Shown here: in pieces, positions 1 through 9,501 of the stretch | How the letters are laid out: every line of letters begins with the position of its first letter | How positions within the stretch are numbered: the first letter of the stretch is position 1 | Translations under genes and position numbers: made by a program | Source: Eubacteriales bacterium | Lineage (GTDB): Bacteria; Bacillota; Clostridia; Oscillospirales; CAG-272 | Length of the DNA: 61,469 nucleotides | Assembly (NCBI GenBank): GCA_045635885.1 | Contig: JAZTWO010000041.1 | Location: 1 to 61,469, forward strand | Reading direction: 5' to 3' | The notes under the pieces: model-generated | Database searches by the model: none | The model's input: only the letters and a program-made list of their open reading frames with translations | What the model was told of the DNA's origin: nothing

Positions 1-416
1 GGAGTTACAAAGTAAAGAATATCTTCTTTTTCGAGAAAAGGAAGCGCGAACCCCCAAAGCTCATAAAGATCGCTTCGGGGAACCCCGCACGCAAAAAGCT
101 TTTAATCGTATTATTGTAAACAAATTTTGCGCAATGCGCGTGACTCACTTCTTCGCGCTCGTCACAAATGTGTCTTTGTTTTCAAGAAAACAAAGAAACT
201 GCGCCTTGCTACTCTGCACATAGAGTTTTTGATAGCAAAATGGCAACGTTTTTAGTAGCAAATCACAGATTTTCGAATGTATGAGAAAATCGTTATGTTC
301 CAATTTATTGGAACGATTTGCGCAGATTAATTTAACTCACACGATTAAAAGTTTTGCGGAGCTTTTTCAAAAGCGACCTTTTTTATCTTTGTAACTATCC
401 GCTAAATCCCCATTTA
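1..416 (-). mobile_element. Structured non-coding repeat element, copy A (MITE/REPIN-like or ncRNA), truncated by the window start
   Basis: Reverse complement aligns with 15833-16231 over about 300 nt, including an identical 38-nt core (129-166 = rc of 16093-16130). Inverted ends AGTTACAAAG/CTTTGTAACT. No ORF. The mobile-element label is an inference. Confidence 0.7.
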
Positions 417-425
417 TTTTTCAAA

Positions 426-451
426 AAAGCCCCCACAGGAATGGGGGCTTT
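426..451 (-). terminator. Intrinsic terminator after glucokinase
   Basis: AAAGCCCCCA-caggaa-TGGGGGCTTT hairpin with a T-run on the minus strand. Confidence 0.8.
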
Positions 452-459
452 GCGTCAAA

Positions 460-1410
460 TTACATCAAAAGTGCAGCAGCACCGAGAAGTCCTGCGCTAT
501 TTTCAAGCTCTGCAATAAGAATGGGTACTTGAGGTCCTTTATCGCCTGCATAGATTTCCTTATTCATAATTGCCTGCAAGGGTTTGATAAGATTGTCACC
601 CTGTGCACAAACACCACCACCAAGAAGAATTACTTCAGGACGGAAGATATTTGCGTAGTTAATAAGTCCACAAGCAAGGTGCTCTATGTAAGAATCAACA
701 ACTTCTTTTGCATAGGGGTCAACGGGCGCATAATCAAACACCGTTTTGCCACAAACCGCATCAAGCGAGCCACATTCCCACATCTTTGAATCGGGATGAG
801 CTTCCATAGCTCTCTTTGTATCACGGATAAGAGCAGTTGCAGAAGAATATGCCTCAAAGCAACCACGACGTCCGCAAGAGCATTGTTCCCCGTCCTTTAC
901 GATAACAATGTGACCAAGCTCTGCACCTGCGCCCCTGTTACCCTCAACAATTTTGCCATCCAAAACAATTCCACCGCCAACACCCGTGCCGAGTGTAATC
1001 ATAACTGCGTTATTATAGTTACGAGCAGCACCAAACTTAACTTCGCCAAGAGCCGCAACGTTTGCATCGTTGCCAATTTTAACTGTAATGCCACCAAGAA
1101 GGCGAGAAAGCTCGTCACAAATTCTGAAATTTTCCCAACCGAGATTGTTGGCGTAAACAACATTGCCTTCGTTTGAGTCAATCATACCGGGAGAACCGAT
1201 GCCAAGTCCCTCAACGTCAGCAGTAGTAAGTCCCTGACGCGCAAGAAGGTCATTTGCAAGATTTGCAATATTTGCCGCAACGCCCTTGTCACCCTTTTCA
1301 ACCTCTGTAGGTGTCTTGTCGCAAACAAGAATTTCTCCCTTTTCGTTTACAATTCCGCCCTTGATATAAGTGCCTCCAAGGTCGATTCCAATATAGTATT
1401 TGTTGCTCAT
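460..1410 (-). CDS. glcK: ROK-family glucokinase
   Basis: IGIDLGGT phosphate loop, NDANVAALGE, TLGTGVGGG, ELGH and CSCGRRGCFE Zn motif. Confidence 0.9.
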   Translation of the reverse strand: MSNKYYIGIDLGGTYIKGGIVNEKGEILVCDKTPTEVEKGDKGVAANIANLANDLLARQGLTTADVEGLGIGSPGMIDSNEGNVVYANNLGWENFRICDELSRLLGGITVKIGNDANVAALGEVKFGAARNYNNAVMITLGTGVGGGIVLDGKIVEGNRGAGAELGHIVIVKDGEQCSCGRRGCFEAYSSATALIRDTKRAMEAHPDSKMWECGSLDAVCGKTVFDYAPVDPYAKEVVDSYIEHLACGLINYANIFRPEVILLGGGVCAQGDNLIKPLQAIMNKEIYAGDKGPQVPILIAELENSAGLLGAAALLM

Positions 1411-1422
1411 AATAGTCTCCTT

Positions 1423-2079
1423 TTATTTTATCTTTTCAAGTTTTGAGGTATGCGCTATAACAACGAGCTTCATATCTCTATTTAATGGAAGCGATGGGTC
1501 AAGGTCGATATTAACCTTGTCACCACTTTTAATTGCAATTACGTTTACACCATATTTTTTTCTTAAATTCAATTCGATAAGATTTTTGCCAATCCATTCG
1601 TTTTTGATTTCAAGCTCGATAAGTGAAACGTCATCAGAAAGCTCCATAACGTCCACAAATCCCGACGAAAGAATGTTTTTTGCAAGTCGAACACCCGACT
1701 CACGCTCGGGGATAACCACCTTATCGGCACCCACCTTTAAAAGTATCTTTGCTTGCATTTCGTTGGCGCATTTTGCAATAACGGTTTTAACTCCAAGCTC
1801 TTTGCAAAGCATTATTATCATTACGCTTGCCTCAAGATGATTTGCCATTGCAACTATCACCACGTCAACGTTTGCAATTCCAAGATGACGCACCACTTCG
1901 GGATCAGTTATATCTGCACTTTTGCAAAACGGAATGTCGGATATTGCAGAATTAACGATATTCTCGTCAAGGTCAACTGCAAGAACGTCTGCACCGTTTT
2001 TTACAAGTTCCTTAGCCACAGCCATGCCATATCGTCCAAGGCCAAAAACGGCATATGATTTATTTAAACTCATAACCAA
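1423..2079 (-). CDS. ktrA: TrkA/KtrA potassium uptake RCK subunit (start possibly 2073)
   Basis: VFGLGRYG Rossmann motif, VGADKVVIPERE, C-terminal RCK_C; adjacent to ktrB. Confidence 0.9.
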   Translation of the reverse strand: MVMSLNKSYAVFGLGRYGMAVAKELVKNGADVLAVDLDENIVNSAISDIPFCKSADITDPEVVRHLGIANVDVVIVAMANHLEASVMIIMLCKELGVKTVIAKCANEMQAKILLKVGADKVVIPERESGVRLAKNILSSGFVDVMELSDDVSLIELEIKNEWIGKNLIELNLRKKYGVNVIAIKSGDKVNIDLDPSLPLNRDMKLVVIAHTSKLEKIK

Positions 2080-2088
2080 ACTCCATTT

Positions 2089-3456
2089 CTATCCAACACT
2101 AATTTCTTCGGTTGGATTTTTTATATTATTGGATGATTCCTTGCTATATGAAAAAGCAATAGCAAGTGAAATTGGTCCAATTCTGCCAAGATACATTGTG
2201 CAAATGATTATCAACTTGCCCCACAAATTCAAAAATGGAGTGAGGTTTCTTGTAAGTCCCACCGTTGCGGTCGCACTGACACTTTCATATAATATATCAA
2301 GTACCGAAGCATCCATAACGTATGACAGGGAGAGCGTTGAAATAAACATTATTGTAAATGACATAACGGTAACGGCAACCGCCTTTCGTGCCACTTGCCT
2401 TGAAAGTGAACGGTTGAACACCGACACCTCGTTTTTGTTACTAATAAGCGCATAGGCAGTAAAGACAAGCACCGCTATTGTAACGGTTTTAATACCACCG
2501 GCCGTACCAACGGGCGATCCACCAATGAACATAAGAAAAAGCGAAAGAATTGCAGTTGAATTACTTAAATTCTCTTGTGGAACACCTGCAAATCCTGCAG
2601 TTCTTGTGGTTACCGATTGAAACAATGAAACCTGAATTTTATCAAACAGTGACATGTTTCCTATAGTTTTTACATTTGAAAATTCAAAAATAAATATCAA
2701 AAATGCGCCACCGAAAATAAGTATCGCAGTTGCACTTAAGACGATTTTAGAGTGAAGAGTTAACCTTTTAAAGCATTTGAATTTTTGCAGTTTAAAATCC
2801 TTAACAACTCTTAAAATATCCCACCAAACGATATATCCAAGACCGCCCAAAATAATGAGCGCAGAGGTGATAAGGTTGATTGTGGGATTTGTGGCATAGG
2901 AACAAAGACTATCCTTTGCAATAATGTCAATTCCTGCATTACAAAACGCAGAAACGGAGGTAAACACGGATATCCATATTCCCTTTAAGCCAAATTGAGG
3001 GACAAAAACCATCATATAAAGAATTGCTCCAATTCCCTCAACTATCAAAGTACCTATAATCACTTTTTTTATAAACTTATTCAAGCCCTCAAGCGAATTA
3101 AGGTTGAATGCATCTCCAATAAGTCGGCTATCCTTAAGCTTCATTTTACGGTGCATGGCTACCGTTATGCCCGAAAGCACTGTGATAATTCCAAGTCCGC
3201 CTATTTGAATAAGAATAAGCAAAACAACCTGACCGAAAACACTCCAAGTGCTGAAGGTTGGCAAGGTTACAAGACCTGTAACGCAGGTTGCAGTTGTGGA
3301 TGTGAAAAGTGCGTCAATATAGGACACTGAAACTCCACTTTTCGTGCTTATCGGCAGTGACAAAAGCAAGCTACCAATTAAGATTACCACCAAAAAGCTA
3401 ATCAATATCAGTTGCGTGGTATTTGCCCTCTTTATTCTGTTTTTCACAGAAATCAC
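2089..3456 (-). CDS. ktrB: TrkH/KtrB potassium transporter membrane subunit
   Basis: Four pore motifs: ATCVTGL, SAFCNAG, TTRTAGF, SATATVGL; also MFIGGSPVGTAGGIK. Confidence 0.9.
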   Translation of the reverse strand: MISVKNRIKRANTTQLILISFLVVILIGSLLLSLPISTKSGVSVSYIDALFTSTTATCVTGLVTLPTFSTWSVFGQVVLLILIQIGGLGIITVLSGITVAMHRKMKLKDSRLIGDAFNLNSLEGLNKFIKKVIIGTLIVEGIGAILYMMVFVPQFGLKGIWISVFTSVSAFCNAGIDIIAKDSLCSYATNPTINLITSALIILGGLGYIVWWDILRVVKDFKLQKFKCFKRLTLHSKIVLSATAILIFGGAFLIFIFEFSNVKTIGNMSLFDKIQVSLFQSVTTRTAGFAGVPQENLSNSTAILSLFLMFIGGSPVGTAGGIKTVTIAVLVFTAYALISNKNEVSVFNRSLSRQVARKAVAVTVMSFTIMFISTLSLSYVMDASVLDILYESVSATATVGLTRNLTPFLNLWGKLIIICTMYLGRIGPISLAIAFSYSKESSNNIKNPTEEISVG

Positions 3457-3472
3457 TTTCCTTTACTATGAT

Positions 3473-4675
3473 TTATTTGTTTGCATTAGGATTCATATCA
3501 ACCGTTTTCATTTCATCAAGAGATTGATATTTTTCCTGATAATAATTCTCGTGTGTAATGGTAATTGAACCCGGCATATCCGAGTCGATTTCTATAACCG
3601 TGCATCCACGTTGATAACCGAATTTATCAATTTTACCGTAGGCAACATAGTCAATGCTGTATCCGTAAGAGAACAAAACACCCTTATATTCCATTTCAAA
3701 ATTGTTAAAGTGGTCGTGACCAAAGAATACGTATTTAGTGTTACCAAGCTCTAATATTTTTTCAAAAAGATCATCGCCCTTGTCTGAAGGATATACTACC
3801 TCTTTCTTTTCACCGTCATTTCCTGAAAACCAAGTAACGTTGCCACCAATTTCACGGCCGTTGGCTACATACTCATCATATCCGGTTTTAACTTCTTGAA
3901 GAGGAATGTGCACGAAGAGAAGTGAATTTTGAGGATTGTAAAGCTTAATCATATTTTCATACCAATCAACCTGATCTTGCTTGATATTATCATAATGCCA
4001 CAAAGCAAAGTCAATAAGACCACCTATAACTCCCTTGTGCAAATATGAATGGCTATCCATCATAAAAAAGCTTTGTGTAATCTCGCCATTTGTGTTTTTT
4101 ACATTGATAACGTGATTGCCTTCTCCTGAAACTCCTTCAGGGGAGTTCATAAACAAGCATCTTTCAAGACTTTCGTCTGCATATATGTTGGCAACTTCCT
4201 CACGATTGTAATAGTTGTAGGGCTCGTTATCGTGATTACCAAGCGTTATTGTCCAATAAACACCAAGATTTTCCATAAGACGAACAAACATCTTGTGGGC
4301 ATATCCATTATTGATTGTACCTGTTGTGGGAATTGCAAAAGATATATCACCTGTAATAATTACAAGATCGGGATCCTCTGCCATAACCATTGATGCAACG
4401 GCTTTGATGGCTTTTTTATCCTTCTCTACGTTGCCACAACCGCCTCCCAAGTGAACGTCGGTAAGATGAAGCACTTTGAAATCCTCGTCAGTTGTGAAAT
4501 ACCAGTTGCCATATTCATCCTTTTGTGGTGCAAGTTGATTTTTTGCTTCCACCTTAAAAGTGTCTATGTATTCAATCATATTGTCATAATTTTTTTCATT
4601 AAGAACATAAAAAACTCCACATGCCAAACCTATAATGATAGCAAAAATAAGCAGACTAATTAAAATTTTTTCCAT
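3473..4675 (-). CDS. Membrane-anchored calcineurin-like metallophosphoesterase
   Basis: DVH, ITGD, GNHD, HIP and GHDH motifs; N-terminal hydrophobic helix. Confidence 0.85.
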   Translation of the reverse strand: MEKILISLLIFAIIIGLACGVFYVLNEKNYDNMIEYIDTFKVEAKNQLAPQKDEYGNWYFTTDEDFKVLHLTDVHLGGGCGNVEKDKKAIKAVASMVMAEDPDLVIITGDISFAIPTTGTINNGYAHKMFVRLMENLGVYWTITLGNHDNEPYNYYNREEVANIYADESLERCLFMNSPEGVSGEGNHVINVKNTNGEITQSFFMMDSHSYLHKGVIGGLIDFALWHYDNIKQDQVDWYENMIKLYNPQNSLLFVHIPLQEVKTGYDEYVANGREIGGNVTWFSGNDGEKKEVVYPSDKGDDLFEKILELGNTKYVFFGHDHFNNFEMEYKGVLFSYGYSIDYVAYGKIDKFGYQRGCTVIEIDSDMPGSITITHENYYQEKYQSLDEMKTVDMNPNANK

Positions 4676-4829
4676 AATTTTTCATCCTTAAATATTTTTG
4701 TGCTGACAATCGCACTTGAATTATTTTAACACATTTTGTTAATAATATCAAGTGTTTTTGCGTTTTAAGCACTAAAATAATAACAAAAATTATTTTTTCA
4801 AAAAAAATTAATTTTTTTCAAAAAAAGTA

Positions 4830-4858
4830 TTGACAAATTAAAATTATTGTGTTAGAAT
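4830..4858 (+). promoter_or_regulatory. Sigma-A promoter of the tRNA pair
   Basis: TTGACA (4830-35), 17-bp spacer, TG-n-TAGAAT (4853-58), A/T-tract UP element upstream. Confidence 0.8.
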
Positions 4859-4886
4859 ATACAAGTCGCAGATGTGCGGTATATTT

Positions 4887-4963
4887 GGCGGGATAGCTCA
4901 GTTGGCTAGAGCAATCGGTTCATACCCGATAGGTCATGGGTTCAAGTCCAATTCCCGCTACCA
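4887..4963 (+). tRNA. tRNA-Met (CAT), elongator type
   Basis: Cloverleaf with GGCGGGA/TCCCGCT acceptor stem, ATCGG-TTCATAC-CCGAT anticodon arm, TTCAAGT T-loop and encoded CCA. Confidence 0.92.
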
Positions 4964-4967
4964 TTTC

Positions 4968-5042
4968 GGCCCGTTGGTCAAGCGGTTAAGACACGGCCCT
5001 TTCACGGCTGTAACATGGGTTCGATTCCCGTACGGGTCACCA
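4968..5042 (+). tRNA. tRNA-Glu (TTC)
   Basis: GGCCCGT/ACGGGTC acceptor stem, CTTTCAC anticodon loop, TTCGATT T-loop and encoded CCA. Confidence 0.95.
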
Positions 5043-5083
5043 AAATAAAAACAGGAGTGCAAACGCACTCCTGTTTTTATTTT
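5042..5083 (+). terminator. Intrinsic terminator of the tRNA operon
   Basis: AAAATAAAAACAGGAGTGC-aaac-GCACTCCTGTTTTTATTTT. Confidence 0.85.
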
Positions 5084-5241
5084 GCTAATGCGTACAATGA
5101 ATTGTAGCCATCTTTTTTGCGTAGCAAAAAAATTATGGGCAAGAATGCCTCAAGCATTCTTGGTTATTTATCATTCAGTAATTGACTTTTGTGCATTTTT
5201 GTGATACTATTAATTGATTTTATTATTAAAGGAGAAAAACA

Positions 5242-6510
5242 ATGAAAGAAAAACTTATTAGATTTTTTACATCAAAAAAGTTCATTATCACTGCATGCAT
5301 TTTGCTTTTTATTATCTTGCTTTGTACCATAGTTGGCCCACACATCATCCTCGCAATTGTTCGTCAACCCACCCCTGAAAATCACTTGTATAGCGAATAT
5401 TTCTACACAAGCTACGAACAAGTGCGTGAACATCTTAAAGAAAGAGTTGAATCCCTTGAAAACGAAGGTGTGGTTGTTGAATATAAAACACATGCCATTG
5501 ATGCTTCTGATGATCTTTATATCGACAACATATATCTTCCTTCAACACAAAACCAAACAAATCTTATCGTTTTAACAACTGGCGTACACGGAATTGAAGG
5601 ATACATCGGTTCTGTTATGCTTGACGTTTTCTTTGAGGAAATTTATCCCAATATCGACACAAACACCACAGGTATTTTGATTGTCGCTAACATAAATCCT
5701 TACGGAATGAAATATATGCGACGCTACAACGAAAACAACGTTGACCTTAATAGAAACTTTATTGAAGATTGGAGCACTTTTGACCTCTCTTCTAACACAG
5801 AATATCCAAAGGTTGACAAATTCCTTCAACCCACAGGCAAAATGGGTAATGGTTTTTGGCACGAGGTTGGATTCTATTTTTCACTTGCTAAAGAAGCTAT
5901 TTTCAAAGGTGCCGATACAATCACCAATGCCCTTCTTACAGGTCAGTATGAATACGAACAAGGCGTTTATTACGGTGGAAACGGTGACGAAGCTTCCACA
6001 ACCTATCTTAAAGGGGTTTTTGCAGAGTGCATTGACGGTGAATACGAAAACATCATACACATTGATATCCACTCCGGTTATGGTCCAAGATATGATATGG
6101 TAATTTTCAACTCCGTTCAAGACCCCACATTAGAAGAAGATGCTAAAGAAATGTTCCAATATGATTACATCATAGCTCAAAATTCTGATGATTTCTATGT
6201 AACATATGGTGACACAACCGACTATTTCTATCGACTTCTTAAAAACAAAAATTCAACCAAAACACTCTACTCCACATGTTTTGAATTTGGCACTATAGGT
6301 GACGGGACTCTTGATTCAATTCTCTCACTTAAATATACAGTAGACGAAAATCGTCAACATTGGTATCCAACCAACAACAAAATAACACAGGAAATTGTTA
6401 AACAAAATTATTTAGAGCTTTTCTATCCCACAGAAACAAACTGGCGACTTTCCGCTATAGAAGATTTTATCAAGGCATTTAACGGTGTGCTGAATGCTAA
6501 AATTAAATAA
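5242..6510 (+). CDS. M14-like (DUF2817-type) zinc metallopeptidase, membrane-anchored
   Basis: GVHGIEG (HxxE), NPYG, RYNENNVDLNRNF, DIHSG, CFEFGT; RBS AAGGAG; promoter TTGACT-17-TACTAT at 5182-5210. Confidence 0.8.
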   Translation: MKEKLIRFFTSKKFIITACILLFIILLCTIVGPHIILAIVRQPTPENHLYSEYFYTSYEQVREHLKERVESLENEGVVVEYKTHAIDASDDLYIDNIYLPSTQNQTNLIVLTTGVHGIEGYIGSVMLDVFFEEIYPNIDTNTTGILIVANINPYGMKYMRRYNENNVDLNRNFIEDWSTFDLSSNTEYPKVDKFLQPTGKMGNGFWHEVGFYFSLAKEAIFKGADTITNALLTGQYEYEQGVYYGGNGDEASTTYLKGVFAECIDGEYENIIHIDIHSGYGPRYDMVIFNSVQDPTLEEDAKEMFQYDYIIAQNSDDFYVTYGDTTDYFYRLLKNKNSTKTLYSTCFEFGTIGDGTLDSILSLKYTVDENRQHWYPTNNKITQEIVKQNYLELFYPTETNWRLSAIEDFIKAFNGVLNAKIK

Positions 6511-6515
6511 TGAAT

Positions 6516-6545
6516 AAGAGGGGGCTTGCGCCCCCTTCTTTTTTT
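6516..6545. terminator. Terminator between convergent genes
   Basis: GGGGGC-ttgc-GCCCCC followed by a T-run. Confidence 0.75.
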
Positions 6546-6636
6546 ATCTGTTGCAGCAGCAGGTGATGATAAGAAGTGCAATGAGAAGAAGCCAGATATA
6601 GTCGTTTTCAAAAAGATTGCAAAGGCAGTTGTTCAT
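6544..6636 (-). CDS. 30-aa Cys-rich hydrophobic small protein, probably sporulation-related; not in the ORF track
   Basis: MNNCLCNLFENDYIWLLLIALLIITCCCNR*; GGAG RBS 8 nt upstream of the ATG; own promoter-like motif. Confidence 0.7.
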   Translation of the reverse strand: MNNCLCNLFENDYIWLLLIALLIITCCCNR

Positions 6637-6693
6637 AAATTAAGCTCCGTTTCAATGTTTAGTAAGCAAGTAAAATTTACCTGCTTCGTTATT

Positions 6694-6722
6694 ATTCTAT
6701 GAAAATCGAAAAAATGTGTGAC
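6694..6722 (-). promoter_or_regulatory. Putative mother-cell (SigE/SigK-type) promoter
   Basis: Minus strand GTCACA-N15-CATAGAAT upstream of the small ORF. Confidence 0.5.
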
Positions 6723-6727
6723 AAAAA

Positions 6728-6759
6728 AGATCGACGTTCCAAAAAAGGAATGTCGATCT
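6728..6759 (-). terminator. Intrinsic terminator
   Basis: AGATCGACGTTCC-aaaaaa-GGAATGTCGATCT with a T-run on the minus strand. Confidence 0.75.
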
Positions 6760-6765
6760 GATTTT

Positions 6766-7428
6766 TTATTCAAGATAGAGCGCATCTGCATCTAAAAATG
6801 CGTGTGTGTTGAGAGAATTATCTGTTGGAATAACTCTTTCTGCACCACAATCACGGCATCTAACCAAAACTCCGTTTGAGCGCACCTCAAAGCCATATTT
6901 TTCCTCATCAATCTCACCCGAATGCTCGCAACGACAGAAAATCTTATTCTCTGCTTCAAGCTCGGAAAGAACGAAAATCACACTTTGAGCAAGCTCGGAG
7001 TCAAGTGCCTCGTCCTCATCCTCTGCATTCGCTTCACGAAAGGCAGAAAGGTCTGAAATTCCATGCTCCTCCATCAATTCCATCAATTTAAGCTCTCCAC
7101 GAGCCAAGTTTGCCTTAACGTGATCCATATCACCAAGAAAGCAAACATCAAGATCGGAATATGGACACTGAAGGAAGAAGTCCTCTTTACCAAAGAAAAC
7201 GTTTGAGCTAACCAAAAAACTATGTGGCTTGGGACAAATGATGCAAGGAACGTTTAATCTGATTTTTCCGTCACTCTGCTTTACTACTGACATTTCGCTT
7301 CCACCACAATCGCATTTGAGCTTAATCATTGGCGCAGAAAGTGTGAAAATATCAATCATACTCATAACCCCTGCCCCACAGTGCGGACAACGGTATGCTA
7401 TTGTTGTTTGTTTCTTTTCAAGTACCAT
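6766..7428 (-). CDS. Hypothetical Cys-rich (zinc-ribbon-like) protein; start revised from 7473
   Basis: CPHC, CDC, CIIC, CPY, CRC and CRDC motifs; AAGGA upstream of ATG 7428; the longer ORF start overlaps a hairpin at 7448-7475. Confidence 0.65.
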   Translation of the reverse strand: MVLEKKQTTIAYRCPHCGAGVMSMIDIFTLSAPMIKLKCDCGGSEMSVVKQSDGKIRLNVPCIICPKPHSFLVSSNVFFGKEDFFLQCPYSDLDVCFLGDMDHVKANLARGELKLMELMEEHGISDLSAFREANAEDEDEALDSELAQSVIFVLSELEAENKIFCRCEHSGEIDEEKYGFEVRSNGVLVRCRDCGAERVIPTDNSLNTHAFLDADALYLE

Positions 7429-7486
7429 AATACTAAAAATCCTTACCAAAATGGCACGGACGAGCCGTGCCATTTTAATTTATTTA

Positions 7487-9376
7487 TTAACCAAAAATCT
7501 TCTTGAAAATGTTGTTGTTTACTTTAACGGGGTGAGCCGCCTGCTTATCAGCAAACCAAGATTCCATTTCTTCTGCAGTTGCACCGTCGTGAGCTGTGGG
7601 TCTCCATGCTGCCTCGGATTCGCCACCGTAGTACATGATGTGCCAACCGTAAGATGACTTAACAAGATCGATTTCACCCTCTGTTGTTGCAGAGTAGAGC
7701 CAATCTTCGAATTCTGCAACCATTTTGCCCTTAGCTACGTCGTCATAGAATACGCTTGAGTCGTGAGTTACTGACTTACCAGCTGCTTCGAAATCTTCTT
7801 TTGTAATCTTTCCATCAACAAGCTTTGCCTTAAGTTCTTCATAGAGCTTTTCAGCTGCTACCTTAGCTTCTTCTTCTGTCTTATAAGAAACTGCGGGGTT
7901 AGTTGCAGTTGCTGTGTCAACCTTGAAGAGGATGTGTCCAACGTCACGAAGGATATAATCATCTCTGTGTGCGGGTTCTGTTACGAAGTAGAGAGAAAGT
8001 GAGTACTTGCCTGTCTTCTGCTCTGCTTCTGTCATTTCCTTATCTTCAAAGAAGTTAGAATACTTGCCTGCGCTTGTACCGTTCTTATCTTCACCTTCAG
8101 CATAATCAATGCTATACTGTGCCTTAACACCACCGAAGAGGAACTTGCCAAGGTCTGTTGAAAGTGTGTAAGAAACTGTCTTTGTGTTATCTGTGATAAC
8201 CTTATTAAGGTTTGTAATCAATGTCTTGGGGAATGTTTCTTTAGCTTTTTCCCACTTTGACTTTTCAGTTGTTACGTTCTCTTTGTTTTCGTCATCAACT
8301 TCAGGAACTTCTTCTTCAGTTGTAAGATCATCCTTGCCTTCGATAACTGCAGTGATAACCTTATCCTTCAACTCTGCCTTGTAAGCATTGAGAGCTTCTT
8401 CAGAGGGCTTGTCCGCTGTCAAGAAGTTCTTAACCGCTGTGTCATATGTGCTCTTGAATACTTCGTCATACTTGTAATCAAGAAGCATTGTCTTGAATTC
8501 ATCAAGAGTCTCAGCTGTACCAAGCTTGTTGATGATTTCCATATCGGCAACCTTTGCAAGTTCGTTCTGCTTCATTGCCTTTTCTTCAGCTGCTGCTACT
8601 GCTTCCTTATATGCGGGATCTTCTTTTCCAAGAGGATATGCCTTTTCGTCCACTGTTTCAGCAACGATTGTGCTGTTGATTGTAAGAAGAATGTATTCTG
8701 CCTTGATGAATGTTTCAAGGTTTGCCTTGAAGAATTCATCTTCACGAGCTTCATCAATGCTATCGTGTGTTTTGTTGTAAACTGTCTGATAGTAAGTTGA
8801 TGCGATATACTCAATTTCAAGTGCCTTGCGAAGGTCTCTTACGCTAAGGTAACCACCAAATGCTTCAAGCTGCTGACGGATATAAGCCTGTACGCCCATA
8901 TTGTTTGCCTTTGCCTGAGACTTGAGTGCCTTGATTGTGTCTTTAGCATATTCTTTAGCTTCTTTTTCAAGTGCATCGTAATCTACTTCGGGATCTTCCA
9001 TAGCAGTTTCACAGTAAACAAGGTATGTTTCAACTGTGCTCTTTGTACCGCTTACGAAATAATCGTAATAAGTTGTTTTACCATCTGTTGTTACCTGCTC
9101 ATCAAGAGGCAAGCTGGGATCAAAGCTGATCAAGCCGAACATGATGTAGTAGTAATAGTTTGAAAGCCAATTCTGATAGTATGAGTTTGCAAAATAAGAC
9201 ATCATTGCACCGTTAACCTTAAAGTGCTCGGATGATGCTCCTTTGCTGACACGAACCAAGAAACCTGTTCCTGTCAAAAGTGATACAACAAGACCAATCA
9301 AAATTGCAATTGTAACAACCAATGCAATAAGACTATTCTTGCTCATTTTCTTTTTTTGAATTTTAGCATTTGCCAT
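7487..9376 (-). CDS. Membrane-anchored parvulin-type peptidyl-prolyl isomerase (PrsA-like foldase); start revised from 9403
   Basis: N-terminal TM helix; C-terminal rotamase motifs VGHILF, KGKMVAEFEDW, VKSSYGWHIM; RBS AAGGAGAG. Confidence 0.8.
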   Translation of the reverse strand: MANAKIQKKKMSKNSLIALVVTIAILIGLVVSLLTGTGFLVRVSKGASSEHFKVNGAMMSYFANSYYQNWLSNYYYYIMFGLISFDPSLPLDEQVTTDGKTTYYDYFVSGTKSTVETYLVYCETAMEDPEVDYDALEKEAKEYAKDTIKALKSQAKANNMGVQAYIRQQLEAFGGYLSVRDLRKALEIEYIASTYYQTVYNKTHDSIDEAREDEFFKANLETFIKAEYILLTINSTIVAETVDEKAYPLGKEDPAYKEAVAAAEEKAMKQNELAKVADMEIINKLGTAETLDEFKTMLLDYKYDEVFKSTYDTAVKNFLTADKPSEEALNAYKAELKDKVITAVIEGKDDLTTEEEVPEVDDENKENVTTEKSKWEKAKETFPKTLITNLNKVITDNTKTVSYTLSTDLGKFLFGGVKAQYSIDYAEGEDKNGTSAGKYSNFFEDKEMTEAEQKTGKYSLSLYFVTEPAHRDDYILRDVGHILFKVDTATATNPAVSYKTEEEAKVAAEKLYEELKAKLVDGKITKEDFEAAGKSVTHDSSVFYDDVAKGKMVAEFEDWLYSATTEGEIDLVKSSYGWHIMYYGGESEAAWRPTAHDGATAEEMESWFADKQAAHPVKVNNNIFKKIFG

Positions 9377-9501
9377 TTTTATCTCTCCTTTATTTGTGGG
9401 CATTAATAGAGTTATTATATAATTATATTGTTATCACATTTTGAATAATTTATGAACAAACTGTGAATTGTACGTTATTTCTACGTTTTTATACAAATTT
9501 A

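Noticed and set aside
4676-4830. c-di-AMP riboswitch upstream of the ktr operon
   Set aside because: The region is short and AT-rich, with no ydaO-type motifs.
4937-4953. G-A mismatch in the tRNA-Met T-stem as a sign of a pseudogene
   Set aside because: A single mismatch; all other arms, the CCA end, promoter and terminator are intact.
6737-6750. TTCCAAAAAAGGAA identical to the box at 17363
   Set aside because: It forms the top of a terminator hairpin, which explains the symmetry. Not counted as an operator, though it cannot be excluded.
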